Notes under the pieces: model-generated
The model's database searches: none
The model's input: the letters and a program-made list of their open reading frames with translations, nothing else
Told to the model about the DNA's origin: nothing
Part shown: piece after piece, positions 18,920-28,882 of the stretch
Layout of the letters: each line of letters begins with the position of its first letter
Numbering within the stretch: position 1 is the first letter of the stretch
Assembly: GCA_965212015.1 (NCBI GenBank)
Contig: OZ243037.1
Span: forward strand, 640,001-704,000
DNA: 64,000 nucleotides
Direction of reading: 5' to 3'
Source of the DNA: Cenarchaeum sp.
GTDB taxonomy: Archaea > Thermoproteota > Nitrososphaeria > Nitrososphaerales > Nitrosopumilaceae
Translations under genes and position numbers: made by a program

Positions 18920-19241
18920 AATCGTATCACAACTAATGTTGAAAAAAATTCCTTTCGACTATGATTTTCACAATCATTTAAACAATTCTGGTGGATTGTA
19001 TTGCTTTTGGTTGCGCAATAGTTGTCTTTATGTGGGCATGAGTGAGGATCTAAAGAGGCGTATTGCACAACATAGCCATAAGGAAGATAATCCGGAATTG
19101 ATCAAATATTTCAGAACATGTCCAGATGAAATCGAAATATCCATAGTGTATCTAGATCTTACTGCAAACAAGCTCAGAAACATCGAATCAAGAGCCATAC
19201 TAGAATTACATCCAGTGGCCAATAGGCAAGGAATTTCTTAG
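18912..19241 (+). CDS. GIY-YIG nuclease
   Basis: GLYCFW...LYVGMS..LKRRIAQH...E...N motif; GTG overlaps upstream stop. Confidence 0.75.
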   Translation: MSEIVSQLMLKKIPFDYDFHNHLNNSGGLYCFWLRNSCLYVGMSEDLKRRIAQHSHKEDNPELIKYFRTCPDEIEISIVYLDLTANKLRNIESRAILELHPVANRQGIS

Positions 19242-19289
19242 GTATGATCATGCCATTTGAATATCTTTTACTTTCCATGGAGATATGTC

Positions 19290-20549
19290 ATGACTAGCTC
19301 ATATCCTGCACTACGAGGAAAATTTGGAAAGACAGATTATTTTTTGACTGCCATGCCAGTAGGAGAATTGATCAGTCGTGTCACATTCCCAATAGATCTT
19401 CCAGGCTGGGAGAACCGCTCCATAGAGGAGAGATTTCAGCGAAAGATCGATATAAGGAGAATTAGACGTGACATTGCTCCATATTTTGCAAATGATGAGA
19501 ATAGATTTTCTGGTGCACTGGTACTGGCAGTACTAAATTCTGATAAAATGATACTAGAATCATTACAAGATATTGCAGGAGTCAGTAATAATATCCCAAA
19601 ATTGTATAATAGTGTTATCGGTGATATGGGATTCCTGATAATGTCGGGAGATGAAGTTTTTGTTCCACTTGACGGACAGCATAGGGCTAAGGCATTCAAA
19701 CTTGCAATAGAAGGCTATAAGGATAGTAGTAAGGTAGCCCCATTAATACGGCCTAATCCAGATCTGGCAAAGGACAAAGTCGCTGTGATATTGGTTCGTT
19801 TTGACGACTTGATGTCCAGATATATATTCAACAAGATAAACCGATACGCAAAGCCTACCACCAAGGCTGACAAATTGATTACTGACGATGATAATGCCGT
19901 AGCAGTAATAACAAGGCAGATGATAAGTGACGGTGTCATTCCGGAACGTCTAGTGAACATAGACACAAACTCACTTAGCAAAACAATGCACGAATTTACA
20001 ACACTTTCTACGTTTTATGATGCCAACATGTACCTTCTGTCTGGATTACAGGTTGCCAGTATAGCAAATCCAGAAAAAATGTCCAAACCTGAAAGGGAGA
20101 TGCGATTAACAGAAGTAAGCGCAGAATGGAAGCGTTTGATATCTGGAATTGGTTTGTGGAAAAAAGCCCTCAAGGATCCATCCATAAAAGGGGATGACAT
20201 ACGCAAAAAGATCCGCAAGGAATACTTGCTAGGTAAACCCATCGGTCAGCTCTCGCTGGTAGGCGGATACGCCTTTACATGTCAGAGGCACAGGAATGAG
20301 GTGGATAGAGATCTCCTAATAAGACGACTAGATAAGATAGATTGGAGGGTGCGCACAAAGATGTGGTCAGGAGTGCTGATCCGTCAAAACGGCAGGATCA
20401 TGTCGGGAAGACCGACAGCAAAAAATGCCATCAAGTTCATAGCTTATCTCATAGGTGCTGAGCTGACAAAACTAGAGAAGGACAGCATTTTAGGATGGAT
20501 TTATGGCGACAGATGGAAAAAGAATGTTCTTCCAGAACCGATCAAATGA
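19290..20549 (+). CDS. DndB-family / DGQHR-domain protein
   Basis: ERFQRKID, PLDGQHR, IFNKINRYAKP motifs. Confidence 0.85.
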   Translation: MTSSYPALRGKFGKTDYFLTAMPVGELISRVTFPIDLPGWENRSIEERFQRKIDIRRIRRDIAPYFANDENRFSGALVLAVLNSDKMILESLQDIAGVSNNIPKLYNSVIGDMGFLIMSGDEVFVPLDGQHRAKAFKLAIEGYKDSSKVAPLIRPNPDLAKDKVAVILVRFDDLMSRYIFNKINRYAKPTTKADKLITDDDNAVAVITRQMISDGVIPERLVNIDTNSLSKTMHEFTTLSTFYDANMYLLSGLQVASIANPEKMSKPEREMRLTEVSAEWKRLISGIGLWKKALKDPSIKGDDIRKKIRKEYLLGKPIGQLSLVGGYAFTCQRHRNEVDRDLLIRRLDKIDWRVRTKMWSGVLIRQNGRIMSGRPTAKNAIKFIAYLIGAELTKLEKDSILGWIYGDRWKKNVLPEPIK

Positions 20550-20615
20550 TCGAAATACAAGTATTAAAATTCATAAGAATTTTATTGTACTGAAGAATCG
20601 TCAACAATTGTACCG

Positions 20616-22037
20616 TTATGGCAAAGGAATTGGGTTGAATCCGTACTCATTACAAATACCATAATGGTTTATGATGACAGGTTCCCATCCCCTACCTATA
20701 TCTAATTGATCTAAAGAATTTTTTAACTCTTCTATCTGATCATAATACAGTGCATTTCTATCGATCAAGCTATCCAGAAATTTTTCCTCTGGTAACGAAT
20801 TGCTTTTTTTACAATTGCATTTTTGACACGATAAAACCAAATTCCATGGATGATCGTCATAAATATAGGACCATGGAATAAAGTGATCCACATGTGTAGA
20901 ATCATATTTTAGTTTGTTTTTACAGTAAAAACATTGATCAACATATTCAGAATATATTTTTCTGTATTCTGTCAATGACCCTCTTACTGGATCATTATGT
21001 TCTAGCTTTGCAACCAATCTAGGTAATGAATGGTTAATTTTTTCCAAGAATTTTGCCCACTGTGCAAGAACTACTTGGGATAATATCCTGTTGTTTTTAC
21101 GGAAAAAACTAAAAGCTTCTGGCTTTAGATATAGCATTTTTGCAGAGTTATCATAATTATAAAATATCCTGATATCTTCTGAATCATTACTAGTTGTGAT
21201 ATTTTGAAATGCAGGAATCACAATTGATTTTTTTCCTCTGATTGTACCAAATACGTTTTTGAGTATTTCTCCTTCCGCATTTTTGATGTCTTTTTTCTTA
21301 AGAAGTTCAAAATCAGCTGGAGGATTATTCCCAAAAACACTGTTTATTGCTTTTATTACATTTGGTTTTCCGCTTGTCCTAAAATCCTGTTTCATTTTGA
21401 ATTTGTATTCTTGATGCCAGTAATATTTTAGAAATTTACTTGCAAAATATTGATATGGTATTTCATGTATTTGTTTCTCTTCCGTAGTATCTTTGCAATA
21501 ATCTAACAGTGATTTAGCAAGGGTAAATTTGTACGTATTAGATTTGGGCGAATCTGCAATTATGGATAAAAATGCTCGTTTCAGATCTTTTTCTGAAACA
21601 TCTGATTCTATATACGGGTTTGTATCTTGTATGAATCTCTTTTCACCATTAGTCATTACCGGTTTTTTAATTGGTTTATTTGATAGCTTGTCAAGTCGGA
21701 ATATTCCAAAATGTTTTGAACTGTTCCAATCTATCAGCTTTTTGTTGCTTCGTAGCTTGGAAATCTCTTGATCTATGATATTTGGAAATTTATTAGATGT
21801 ACGATATGATCCCCACATACTAGGATCTAATTTTAATTCTCTTCCTACTGATGATATCAGATCAGTTCTGCTATGCCAAATTTTCTCATTTTGATGCTTT
21901 AATTGTAATTTATCTCCTGACTTGTCATCACGATGATTTGTAATGGTAGGTATGGTCTTGCCTTTTTGGTTTAGAACATATAGGACTAGCTCAGATGTGA
22001 ATTTACGAGGTATTTTACCAGATCGACTTATTGCCAT
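20616..22037 (-). CDS. HNH endonuclease with N-terminal accessory domains
   Basis: NTYKFTLAKSL; CFYC...HVDHFIPWS...NLVLSCQKCNCKKSN. Confidence 0.88.
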   Translation of the reverse strand: MAISRSGKIPRKFTSELVLYVLNQKGKTIPTITNHRDDKSGDKLQLKHQNEKIWHSRTDLISSVGRELKLDPSMWGSYRTSNKFPNIIDQEISKLRSNKKLIDWNSSKHFGIFRLDKLSNKPIKKPVMTNGEKRFIQDTNPYIESDVSEKDLKRAFLSIIADSPKSNTYKFTLAKSLLDYCKDTTEEKQIHEIPYQYFASKFLKYYWHQEYKFKMKQDFRTSGKPNVIKAINSVFGNNPPADFELLKKKDIKNAEGEILKNVFGTIRGKKSIVIPAFQNITTSNDSEDIRIFYNYDNSAKMLYLKPEAFSFFRKNNRILSQVVLAQWAKFLEKINHSLPRLVAKLEHNDPVRGSLTEYRKIYSEYVDQCFYCKNKLKYDSTHVDHFIPWSYIYDDHPWNLVLSCQKCNCKKSNSLPEEKFLDSLIDRNALYYDQIEELKNSLDQLDIGRGWEPVIINHYGICNEYGFNPIPLP

Positions 22038-22259
22038 ATTAATGCATATGATTTACTTGAATTTAAATATTGCAAAGATGAATGTTGGGATTTGATCATT
22101 TTTATATATGGGGTGGTCAGCCATCATGATCCATAGCTTTTTCAGTTTTCTTGTATGGACACGCAATTAAATTGATTTATCCTGATAAAAATCAACCATC
22201 CTATAACACAAAGCAATTAGTGTTAAAATATTACAGCATAGGATACAGAATCCATGTGT

Positions 22260-22649
22260 TTATCTGATTTTTACAACACCTGTCTTTTCTGAATAGAAAT
22301 AAAACTCAATATCATCAAGCCATCTGTCAAATTCACGTATATACAGATCTGCCATTCTTCTATCCTCTCCAATTACAAATAATTTTTTCCATGGTTTGTT
22401 ATCGTATTTTTCCAATAAACCCATAAGCCAAACATATTCATTCAAAACAGAAAATTTTGCAGAAGGTCTATTTCCTCCACTTGTCATAGTATAATGTTTG
22501 ATATCTCCGACGATTTTGTGTTCTAGATTTATTAGATCAAAATTTTTGAATTTACCATTTATTGCAATTTTAACACTTGATAATTGTACATTCATGAGTT
22601 TTTCCATGGCTTTTCTTGCCTTGCTCTCGTATTCTTGCCAAGAATCCAT
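22260..22649 (-). CDS. Putative PD-(D/E)xK nuclease-like protein
   Basis: E...FDLI...VGDIK motif. Confidence 0.6.
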   Translation of the reverse strand: MDSWQEYESKARKAMEKLMNVQLSSVKIAINGKFKNFDLINLEHKIVGDIKHYTMTSGGNRPSAKFSVLNEYVWLMGLLEKYDNKPWKKLFVIGEDRRMADLYIREFDRWLDDIEFYFYSEKTGVVKIR

Positions 22650-22729
22650 CCTAAAATATTATGATCTAGATTAGTTATAAATGATCAGATTTGCAAAATA
22701 TGGTGTTTTTGATTTTTATCTAATATCTA

Positions 22730-22900
22730 TTAACAATTACGCGGAATATCGGACGCATCGGAGGAATCGTTGATGAATTTTACATCACTGCTAGTATCCA
22801 CAAGTTGCAGGGCAGAGGTCGGTCCTGACGAGGTTTCCTTATATTTTGGAAGCATCTCCTCGATTTCCTCCATGGTGTATTCCGTCCTCGTTTCTGCCAT
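22730..22900 (-). CDS. Small acidic hypothetical protein (56 aa)
   Basis: MAETRTEYTMEEIEEMLPKY..., preceded by TATATAAAAA on the minus strand. Confidence 0.4.
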   Translation of the reverse strand: MAETRTEYTMEEIEEMLPKYKETSSGPTSALQLVDTSSDVKFINDSSDASDIPRNC

Positions 22901-22953
22901 GCCTGATTCCTATTTGTCTGGTTTTTATATATACTTGTTGGTGAAAAATCACG

Positions 22954-23973
22954 TTATTCCTCATCATTTTTCATCCATTTCTCACTCATGACCGACTGTT
23001 GGTAACCTATCTTCGCAATACCCGTCTTGGCATCACATAGTTGAACACGATTGATTTTAAGACGTACAGAGTATGTATGAGTCAAGTCCTTGCTTTCCAG
23101 GACACATTTGTGTAGTGTGGTAATTATTTCATTCTTGGCACCTAGTTCAGCTTCAAGGCTGTAAGGTGTATCCAAATTTAGCAATTTGTTATATTCTCCA
23201 TACAGCTTCATAATATTCTCCATTAATTCTTCTGGTACGTCTATTATGCTCAATCCTAAATCATCCTTTGCTTCCCTTCTGCCTATCAGATAATTATGAG
23301 AGAATCTTTCCTCTATGAGAATTTTTACAATGGTGTCTATTTTCTTCTCATCGGTCATATGTTGTTTGAGCAGGGTTTTTGACAGGAACCTAATCTCGTT
23401 TCTTGATCTATTCACGGCACCAAGAACCAGCGGATGGAGTCCGCCTGCCAACACGGCCATGATCTTGGTCAGCTCCTCCTCCGAATCAGTTTTTGCCTCT
23501 TTTTTTGCAAGATCAAAAAAACTTACAACATCTTCCACATTGACTGGCATGTTGACCTGTATTGTGGGATTTTGTGGGTGTGGGAATTTTGGTCCCAGTG
23601 GATGTGTCAGGGAGGGATCCACGGGGCCGAGTTGCCCAATCTTTGACATGATTATTGAATTGGCCCCAAGGGTCATCAGAGTTCCGGTGCTTAGGCACTT
23701 GAATGGGACTATCATTCCATATTCCTTACAATACTCCCTTATCAAATTCACAATCCCATATCCAGATATTGTAATTCCGCCCGTAGTGTAAATCAATAGG
23801 TTGATTTTTTGAGTAGATTTTATCTTGTCCAAATGCTTATAGATGAACGGAATCACATCCGATGAAATTTTTGCCTCTAATCCTTTTCGGTCTCCAGTCA
23901 TGTAAACTAGAATCTTGGAATTTGTCTGTTCTTCAATCTTTTTGATCAGTTCCAGACGATTTTGTCGTCCCAT
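22954..23973 (-). CDS. SDH/ClpP-class serine protease-like protein
   Basis: YTTGG, CLSTGTLMTLGA, LGPVDP, SHNYLIGRREA motifs. Confidence 0.8.
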   Translation of the reverse strand: MGRQNRLELIKKIEEQTNSKILVYMTGDRKGLEAKISSDVIPFIYKHLDKIKSTQKINLLIYTTGGITISGYGIVNLIREYCKEYGMIVPFKCLSTGTLMTLGANSIIMSKIGQLGPVDPSLTHPLGPKFPHPQNPTIQVNMPVNVEDVVSFFDLAKKEAKTDSEEELTKIMAVLAGGLHPLVLGAVNRSRNEIRFLSKTLLKQHMTDEKKIDTIVKILIEERFSHNYLIGRREAKDDLGLSIIDVPEELMENIMKLYGEYNKLLNLDTPYSLEAELGAKNEIITTLHKCVLESKDLTHTYSVRLKINRVQLCDAKTGIAKIGYQQSVMSEKWMKNDEE

Positions 23974-24864
23974 TAGCAGGATTAATAATAGTCGCTTATA
24001 AAATGTTTAGAAAAAAAATGGCAGGAATATTGTAAGTGTTCCGATCGCTTTCTGCCGTCATTACCGGCCCGCGGTATAAAATGCCCGGATTTGCCTGATT
24101 TTTGCCAATGGATAAATAACAAGAATGACGAACCAAAAGGAGTGGTTTTATTGGATTCTATCGATCAGATCTCAGGATGCTTCGATGAGATTAAATGCCG
24201 TACCCACATGAGCCCGAGGATCGCCAACTGGACAGACTCCCGTTGGCCCAAGGGATTCGCGTACGGTTATACATGGTAGGGTCACCCAACATAATAAAGT
24301 TTATGGGAAATCTACCCGTTAACAGATCACCATGACCACAGCTTGTATCATATGCCGTACTGTATGGCATCAATCTAGTCTGAATCCACACGTCATAAAA
24401 TATGGTTTTTTTGTATGTATGATTTAATCATGGAGGGCATATCTATTCTATTTCTAAAATAATGTGTCCGTATCCACTACTAGCCCAAGATCGCCGACAA
24501 CCATGTCGTCCTTGAGATCCGGTTACGGGTAACTATACTGCATCGAACTAGTATATTTGGATTTATGTAAAAATCCGCCCAAATTAGGGCTGTCAGGCCC
24601 GCCAAATCCGGTATGGCAAATGTCTGAAAAACTCTGATTCACACCACGAATTCACGGGTTCAAATCCCGTCCCTACGCGGTTATTGAAATATTGAGAATT
24701 AAAAGTATCCTGATGAGTCGGGCATGGCAGCAGATCTGAACGGCCCTTGGGTTTTAATTCGGATGACGGCATCTCCGGTAGATCTAGTCCGAACCTGCCA
24801 GGATCATCTGCAAACATTTGACCAAAAACAAATGTGGTGGGAGGTGAGGAATGACTATGGCAGA

Positions 24865-25995
24865 TTACAGTGTAAAGTTTGTAGCAGACTCATAGTTCTT
24901 GTTAAGATCCGGAAATTGTGCAAACAGCTCGTCCAGATATTCCTGCGTATCGTTAAACGGCCTTAGCAGCTCCAGATGGTTTGCATCCGGATAGTGCTCC
25001 AGCAAAAACTCGCCAAACTCCTTTATCGGAGGTGATCCGTTTCTCTCTTCAGGCGGGATGTAATTCGGCGAGTTTAGTATGTCGGTTGAGTTGTATTGCT
25101 TGCCTACATATACCGGTGCATTTTCAAGCAGCTCATCAGAAAGACCACCCACAATATCTCCCTCATATACTCTTGCCGTGCCGTTGTCAATTATAAAAGT
25201 ATAATTCGGTCCGACATTGTGGTAAAATAATATGGAAAGATATCCTACCGGAGGAAATCTGGGATCAGGCTCGTTGATTACCACCGGAATTTGTAGGTAA
25301 AGTTTTTGTGTATTGTTAAATGGCAGATCAATTCTGCCTTCAGATGTGACGACAGGCGGCCTATAATCATAATGCGTATAGTCTTCTGCCCTGAATAAAT
25401 CCTCGTGATTAATCGAGATAAACGTCGAATATGAGGCATGTATGGCATCACCGTACGGATACGTCCGTTCATAGTCGTCATATTCCAGCCTCTCCTCATA
25501 GTCATCATAACCGGCATCCTTGTCCGGTACCACATATTCGTATTCGAGATCGATTAAAAATTCCTCGCCTATGTTGACTATTTTTGGTGCCTTGAATGTG
25601 TACTTGGGCCAGTACTCATATTTGAAAACAGGACCCATCATCATTTCAAATCCAATCGCCTCTGATGATTCATCCAGATTGGATGTCATTATCGTCTCTC
25701 CGACTGTCATGTTCTTGTCTTGGATTGTGTAATCATCAGTCTGTACATTTCGTTCATCCAAAATGGGCACACCCCATCCCCTCTCCAAGAGCTTGGCCAG
25801 CGTATCATCAAAGACGCAGGCCAGCTTTCCATGCGGTGATTCTATCAGATTTTTATCCTCGCTGCATTGTATGGCAAATGCGTCGGGTAGAGCAATCATG
25901 CCGGCTGTCAATACTGCCAGAATTCCTAGGATTTTGAACATTGTTATTGAATATGGCAAAATCATACTAATAAATGAATCATACAGATTCCACAA
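24865..25995 (-). CDS. Secreted/surface hypothetical protein (thaumarchaeal type)
   Basis: Signal peptide ending AFA; C..LACV...KLLERGW motif; acidic composition; start likely at MFKILG. Confidence 0.7.
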   Translation of the reverse strand: MWNLYDSFISMILPYSITMFKILGILAVLTAGMIALPDAFAIQCSEDKNLIESPHGKLACVFDDTLAKLLERGWGVPILDERNVQTDDYTIQDKNMTVGETIMTSNLDESSEAIGFEMMMGPVFKYEYWPKYTFKAPKIVNIGEEFLIDLEYEYVVPDKDAGYDDYEERLEYDDYERTYPYGDAIHASYSTFISINHEDLFRAEDYTHYDYRPPVVTSEGRIDLPFNNTQKLYLQIPVVINEPDPRFPPVGYLSILFYHNVGPNYTFIIDNGTARVYEGDIVGGLSDELLENAPVYVGKQYNSTDILNSPNYIPPEERNGSPPIKEFGEFLLEHYPDANHLELLRPFNDTQEYLDELFAQFPDLNKNYESATNFTL

Positions 25996-26458
25996 AGTTA
26001 TCTAATCGAGTCGCGGATCTCCGATTTCAAAATCATCGTGACTCCCGTGGACAAACAATGGAACCATTGAACCAGAGGGATCATGGCAGATCTTGCAAAC
26101 GTGCAGAGAAAACCAAGAAATTTTATGATGAATAATATGGATCCATAATCACATGAGCCCAAGGGTAACCAACAACAGTTGGTCCAAGGGATTCGACTAT
26201 GAATGATTTTGGTACGCTAAACTAGTATAGTAGTGTTGCTTTTGATGAGTGCAAAATCGTCCGATTTAGGCGTAAAGTGCATGCGATCAGTCAAGCCTGT
26301 AAAATCACAGATACAAGAAAATCTAGAGAGGATCGGCAAAGCCATACGAGGCTCCGGTGCCCCTGCGGCACGGACATACAGGATAATCCCCGATATTTTG
26401 TGGTAAAACTGCCGGATCTGACGGGAATTTTTAATAACCCATCTGCCGGCCACTAACC

Positions 26459-26980
26459 ATGAGGATTTCCGCAAAGATGAAAAAATCGCTCAATGATCAG
26501 ATCGCAATGGAGGCCTATGCCTCGCAGTACTATCTCTCGATGGCCTCCTGGTGCGAACTGACCGGCTATGACGGCTCTGCAAAATTCCTGCACAAGCAGG
26601 CAGACGAGGAAAGAATGCACATGATGAAAATAATCCAGTATCTAAACGAGATAGGAGCCGGCGCCGTCATACCCGCAGTGGGGCAGCCCCCCTCGACATT
26701 CAAGTCCCTAGAGCTGATATTTCAGGCCATTCTTAAAAACGAGCAGGCGGTGACTGCCTCGTTTAGCAGAATGGCCGAGCTTGCCCAAAAGGACAAGGAT
26801 CATACGACGTTTGCCTTTTTGCAGTGGTTCATAAGCGAGCAGATCGAGGAGGAAAAAACCGCCGAGACAATACTCCAAAAATTCGTCCTTCTCGGCAATG
26901 ACAAGATAGGGATATACGAGGTGGATAAAATTCTAGACGCAATGTCCGCCCAGATGGGCGCACAGCAGCAGGTTAAATGA
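26459..26980 (+). CDS. ftnA: Non-heme ferritin
   Basis: EERMHMMK, FLQWFISEQIEEE ferroxidase motifs. Confidence 0.93.
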   Translation: MRISAKMKKSLNDQIAMEAYASQYYLSMASWCELTGYDGSAKFLHKQADEERMHMMKIIQYLNEIGAGAVIPAVGQPPSTFKSLELIFQAILKNEQAVTASFSRMAELAQKDKDHTTFAFLQWFISEQIEEEKTAETILQKFVLLGNDKIGIYEVDKILDAMSAQMGAQQQVK

Positions 26981-27021
26981 CGGCATTCCGGGAATCATAA
27001 AGCGTCACGCATTACAGCCAG

Positions 27022-27708
27022 TCACCTGTGTTTTTTGCCTTGCCGCCGCGCACCGGGCCTCGCATAATGCAGGACAATCTCATCGCCCAGCCGGACTGTC
27101 CTTTTTAGTTTAAATCCCGGCGAGTCGCGAATCCTCGGGAATCCGGCCCCGTCCACAAGCGTGGCAGAGTCTGCGCCTCCCAGCATCCTAGGCGAGATTG
27201 TAACAAAGACCTCGTCTATCAAATCGCGCCGTACAAACTCCCAGCTAGTCGTCCCGCCACCTTCCAAAAGTATGGATTCGATATTCTCCCTGTAAAGCAT
27301 CAGGAGCATCCTCTCAAGATTAACCGAGTTTTTGCCCGCCGTGATTACCCTCACGGAAAAACCCTCCAGCATGCGCCGGGTTTTCCCGGTGATTCTTTCA
27401 GTGCAGATCATTATCGTGGGGATTTTTTTTGCAGTCACAAGTATTCTCGAGTGGGCCGGTATGTCGCCTGTCGAGCTTAGAATCACGCGCACGGGGTTTT
27501 TCCCCTTTACGTGCCTTACCGTCAGGAGTGGATCATCTGCTATTATGGTTTTTTTCCCGACAAGTATGGCATCCACGCCGGCGCGAAGCCTGTGGAGCCG
27601 CCGCAGATCGTCCCCAGATGAGAGTCCAGAATCCCCGGAACGAGTCGATATCTTTCCGTCCATGCTCATGGCAGCACAGAATATCACCCTCGGCCTAGAG
27701 CCTTCCAT
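27022..27708 (-). CDS. arfC: 2,5-diamino-6-ribosylamino-4(3H)-pyrimidinone 5'-phosphate reductase (RibD_C)
   Basis: SMDGKI, DDPLLTVR, LLEGGG motifs; in riboflavin cluster. Confidence 0.88.
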   Translation of the reverse strand: MEGSRPRVIFCAAMSMDGKISTRSGDSGLSSGDDLRRLHRLRAGVDAILVGKKTIIADDPLLTVRHVKGKNPVRVILSSTGDIPAHSRILVTAKKIPTIMICTERITGKTRRMLEGFSVRVITAGKNSVNLERMLLMLYRENIESILLEGGGTTSWEFVRRDLIDEVFVTISPRMLGGADSATLVDGAGFPRIRDSPGFKLKRTVRLGDEIVLHYARPGARRQGKKHR

Positions 27709-28882
27709 GAATTATCCTTCCCCCGATCATGACTGCCCTGACTGCCGACTCGGACGCCCGGTGCACGATGGATGCGTGCACGTCGTGTATGGGATCCAAG
27801 TCTATCGAATGCCTGTCAATAAAGACACAGTCGGCTAGCTTTCCTGCCTCGATTACCCCCACGTCCATGCCCAGCATTTTTCCTGCGTTGACTGTGGCCA
27901 TCTTTAGAACATCCGCAGGACTGATTCTTTTTTTGTGTACGGCCATCGAGGCCTTCCAGAGATAGTCCATTTCGCGAAACATGTCCGGCGAGTTGATCAT
28001 GACATTGTCAGTGCCAATTGCCACGTTGCAGCCGCATTTCATCATCAGGCCGACGTCCGGAATTCCCTCCGCCAGGGCCGCATTGGCCCTGGGACACACC
28101 ACTATTCCGCGCGTCTTTTTTGCCGCCAGCCCCAAGTCCGCCCTCGAGGCGTGCGTCATGTGCACCACAAAATGCGGTCTTAGCTGCAAGGCGCGGACAG
28201 TCTCTGATCTTTTATAGTTCCTCGCAGATGTGGACACGCCCTCGGCAGTCTCTGATGCGTGAATCGCCCTGAGTCCGCCGCACCGGGAGTACGACTTCAG
28301 GACAGAATCGCTGTTCTCGTTTGCCCCGCTGACTCCCAGCCCGTCGCACTCGCCGAGAATCCCCCCAAGCTCGGAGATTGTCTTTTGCGAGACGCCCTCG
28401 TTTTTTTTGATCCGGCGCACGTCCTGGTACGACTCTGCCCTGCCAAGGATTACCCGGCGGATGGGCAGGCCCCTTAGCGCCCGCTTTAGCAGCAGGACCC
28501 CCTCCATTCCGCCCTCCCTAAAGTCGACAAAGGTAGTAGTCCCCCTTGCCACCATCGATTTTGAAGAATTTCTCATATAGCTTGCAAGGTGCCCGGGGCT
28601 CGTGTTTTTGAGTATTTTTGCCTTGGCCCCCGATACTGGATGGATTCTTTTTCTGGCAGAGCCGTTTAGCGTGACGTCCTTGGCTATAGAGTCGCCCACA
28701 TGCGTGTGCGCATTTACCATCCCCGGCATCAGGAGCATCCCCTCGCAGTCTACTGATTCTTCTCCTGCCTCCGGACGGATGTCTTTTTTGACGCACTCGA
28801 ATCTTTCGCCGATCCTCACGCTGGTGCCTGCAACATACCTCAGATCCCGGCCAAAAAGAACGCCAATGTTCCTTAAGAGCAT
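27695..28882 (-). CDS. Metal-dependent amidohydrolase
   Basis: PGMVNAHTH, HASE, GTDN, GKLAD motifs. Confidence 0.88.
   Translation of the reverse strand: MLLRNIGVLFGRDLRYVAGTSVRIGERFECVKKDIRPEAGEESVDCEGMLLMPGMVNAHTHVGDSIAKDVTLNGSARKRIHPVSGAKAKILKNTSPGHLASYMRNSSKSMVARGTTTFVDFREGGMEGVLLLKRALRGLPIRRVILGRAESYQDVRRIKKNEGVSQKTISELGGILGECDGLGVSGANENSDSVLKSYSRCGGLRAIHASETAEGVSTSARNYKRSETVRALQLRPHFVVHMTHASRADLGLAAKKTRGIVVCPRANAALAEGIPDVGLMMKCGCNVAIGTDNVMINSPDMFREMDYLWKASMAVHKKRISPADVLKMATVNAGKMLGMDVGVIEAGKLADCVFIDRHSIDLDPIHDVHASIVHRASESAVRAVMIGGRIIHGRL

Larger units (their letters stand above)
1..26400. mobile_element. Mosaic accessory/defence island with an integrated element (twin tyrosine recombinases); left end outside window, right end approximate
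   Basis: AT-rich blocks versus GC-richer core from ~26450; integrases, AbrB, nucleases, repeat array; no housekeeping genes. Confidence 0.7.

Noticed and set aside
14558-20549. Canonical dndABCDE or ssp phosphorothioation locus
   Set aside because: No SMC-like DndD, DndE or cysteine desulfurase; the PP-loop protein has a variant motif and a different architecture
24584-24685. Complete tRNA gene
   Set aside because: Only a T-arm is convincing; acceptor, D and anticodon stems do not pair properly
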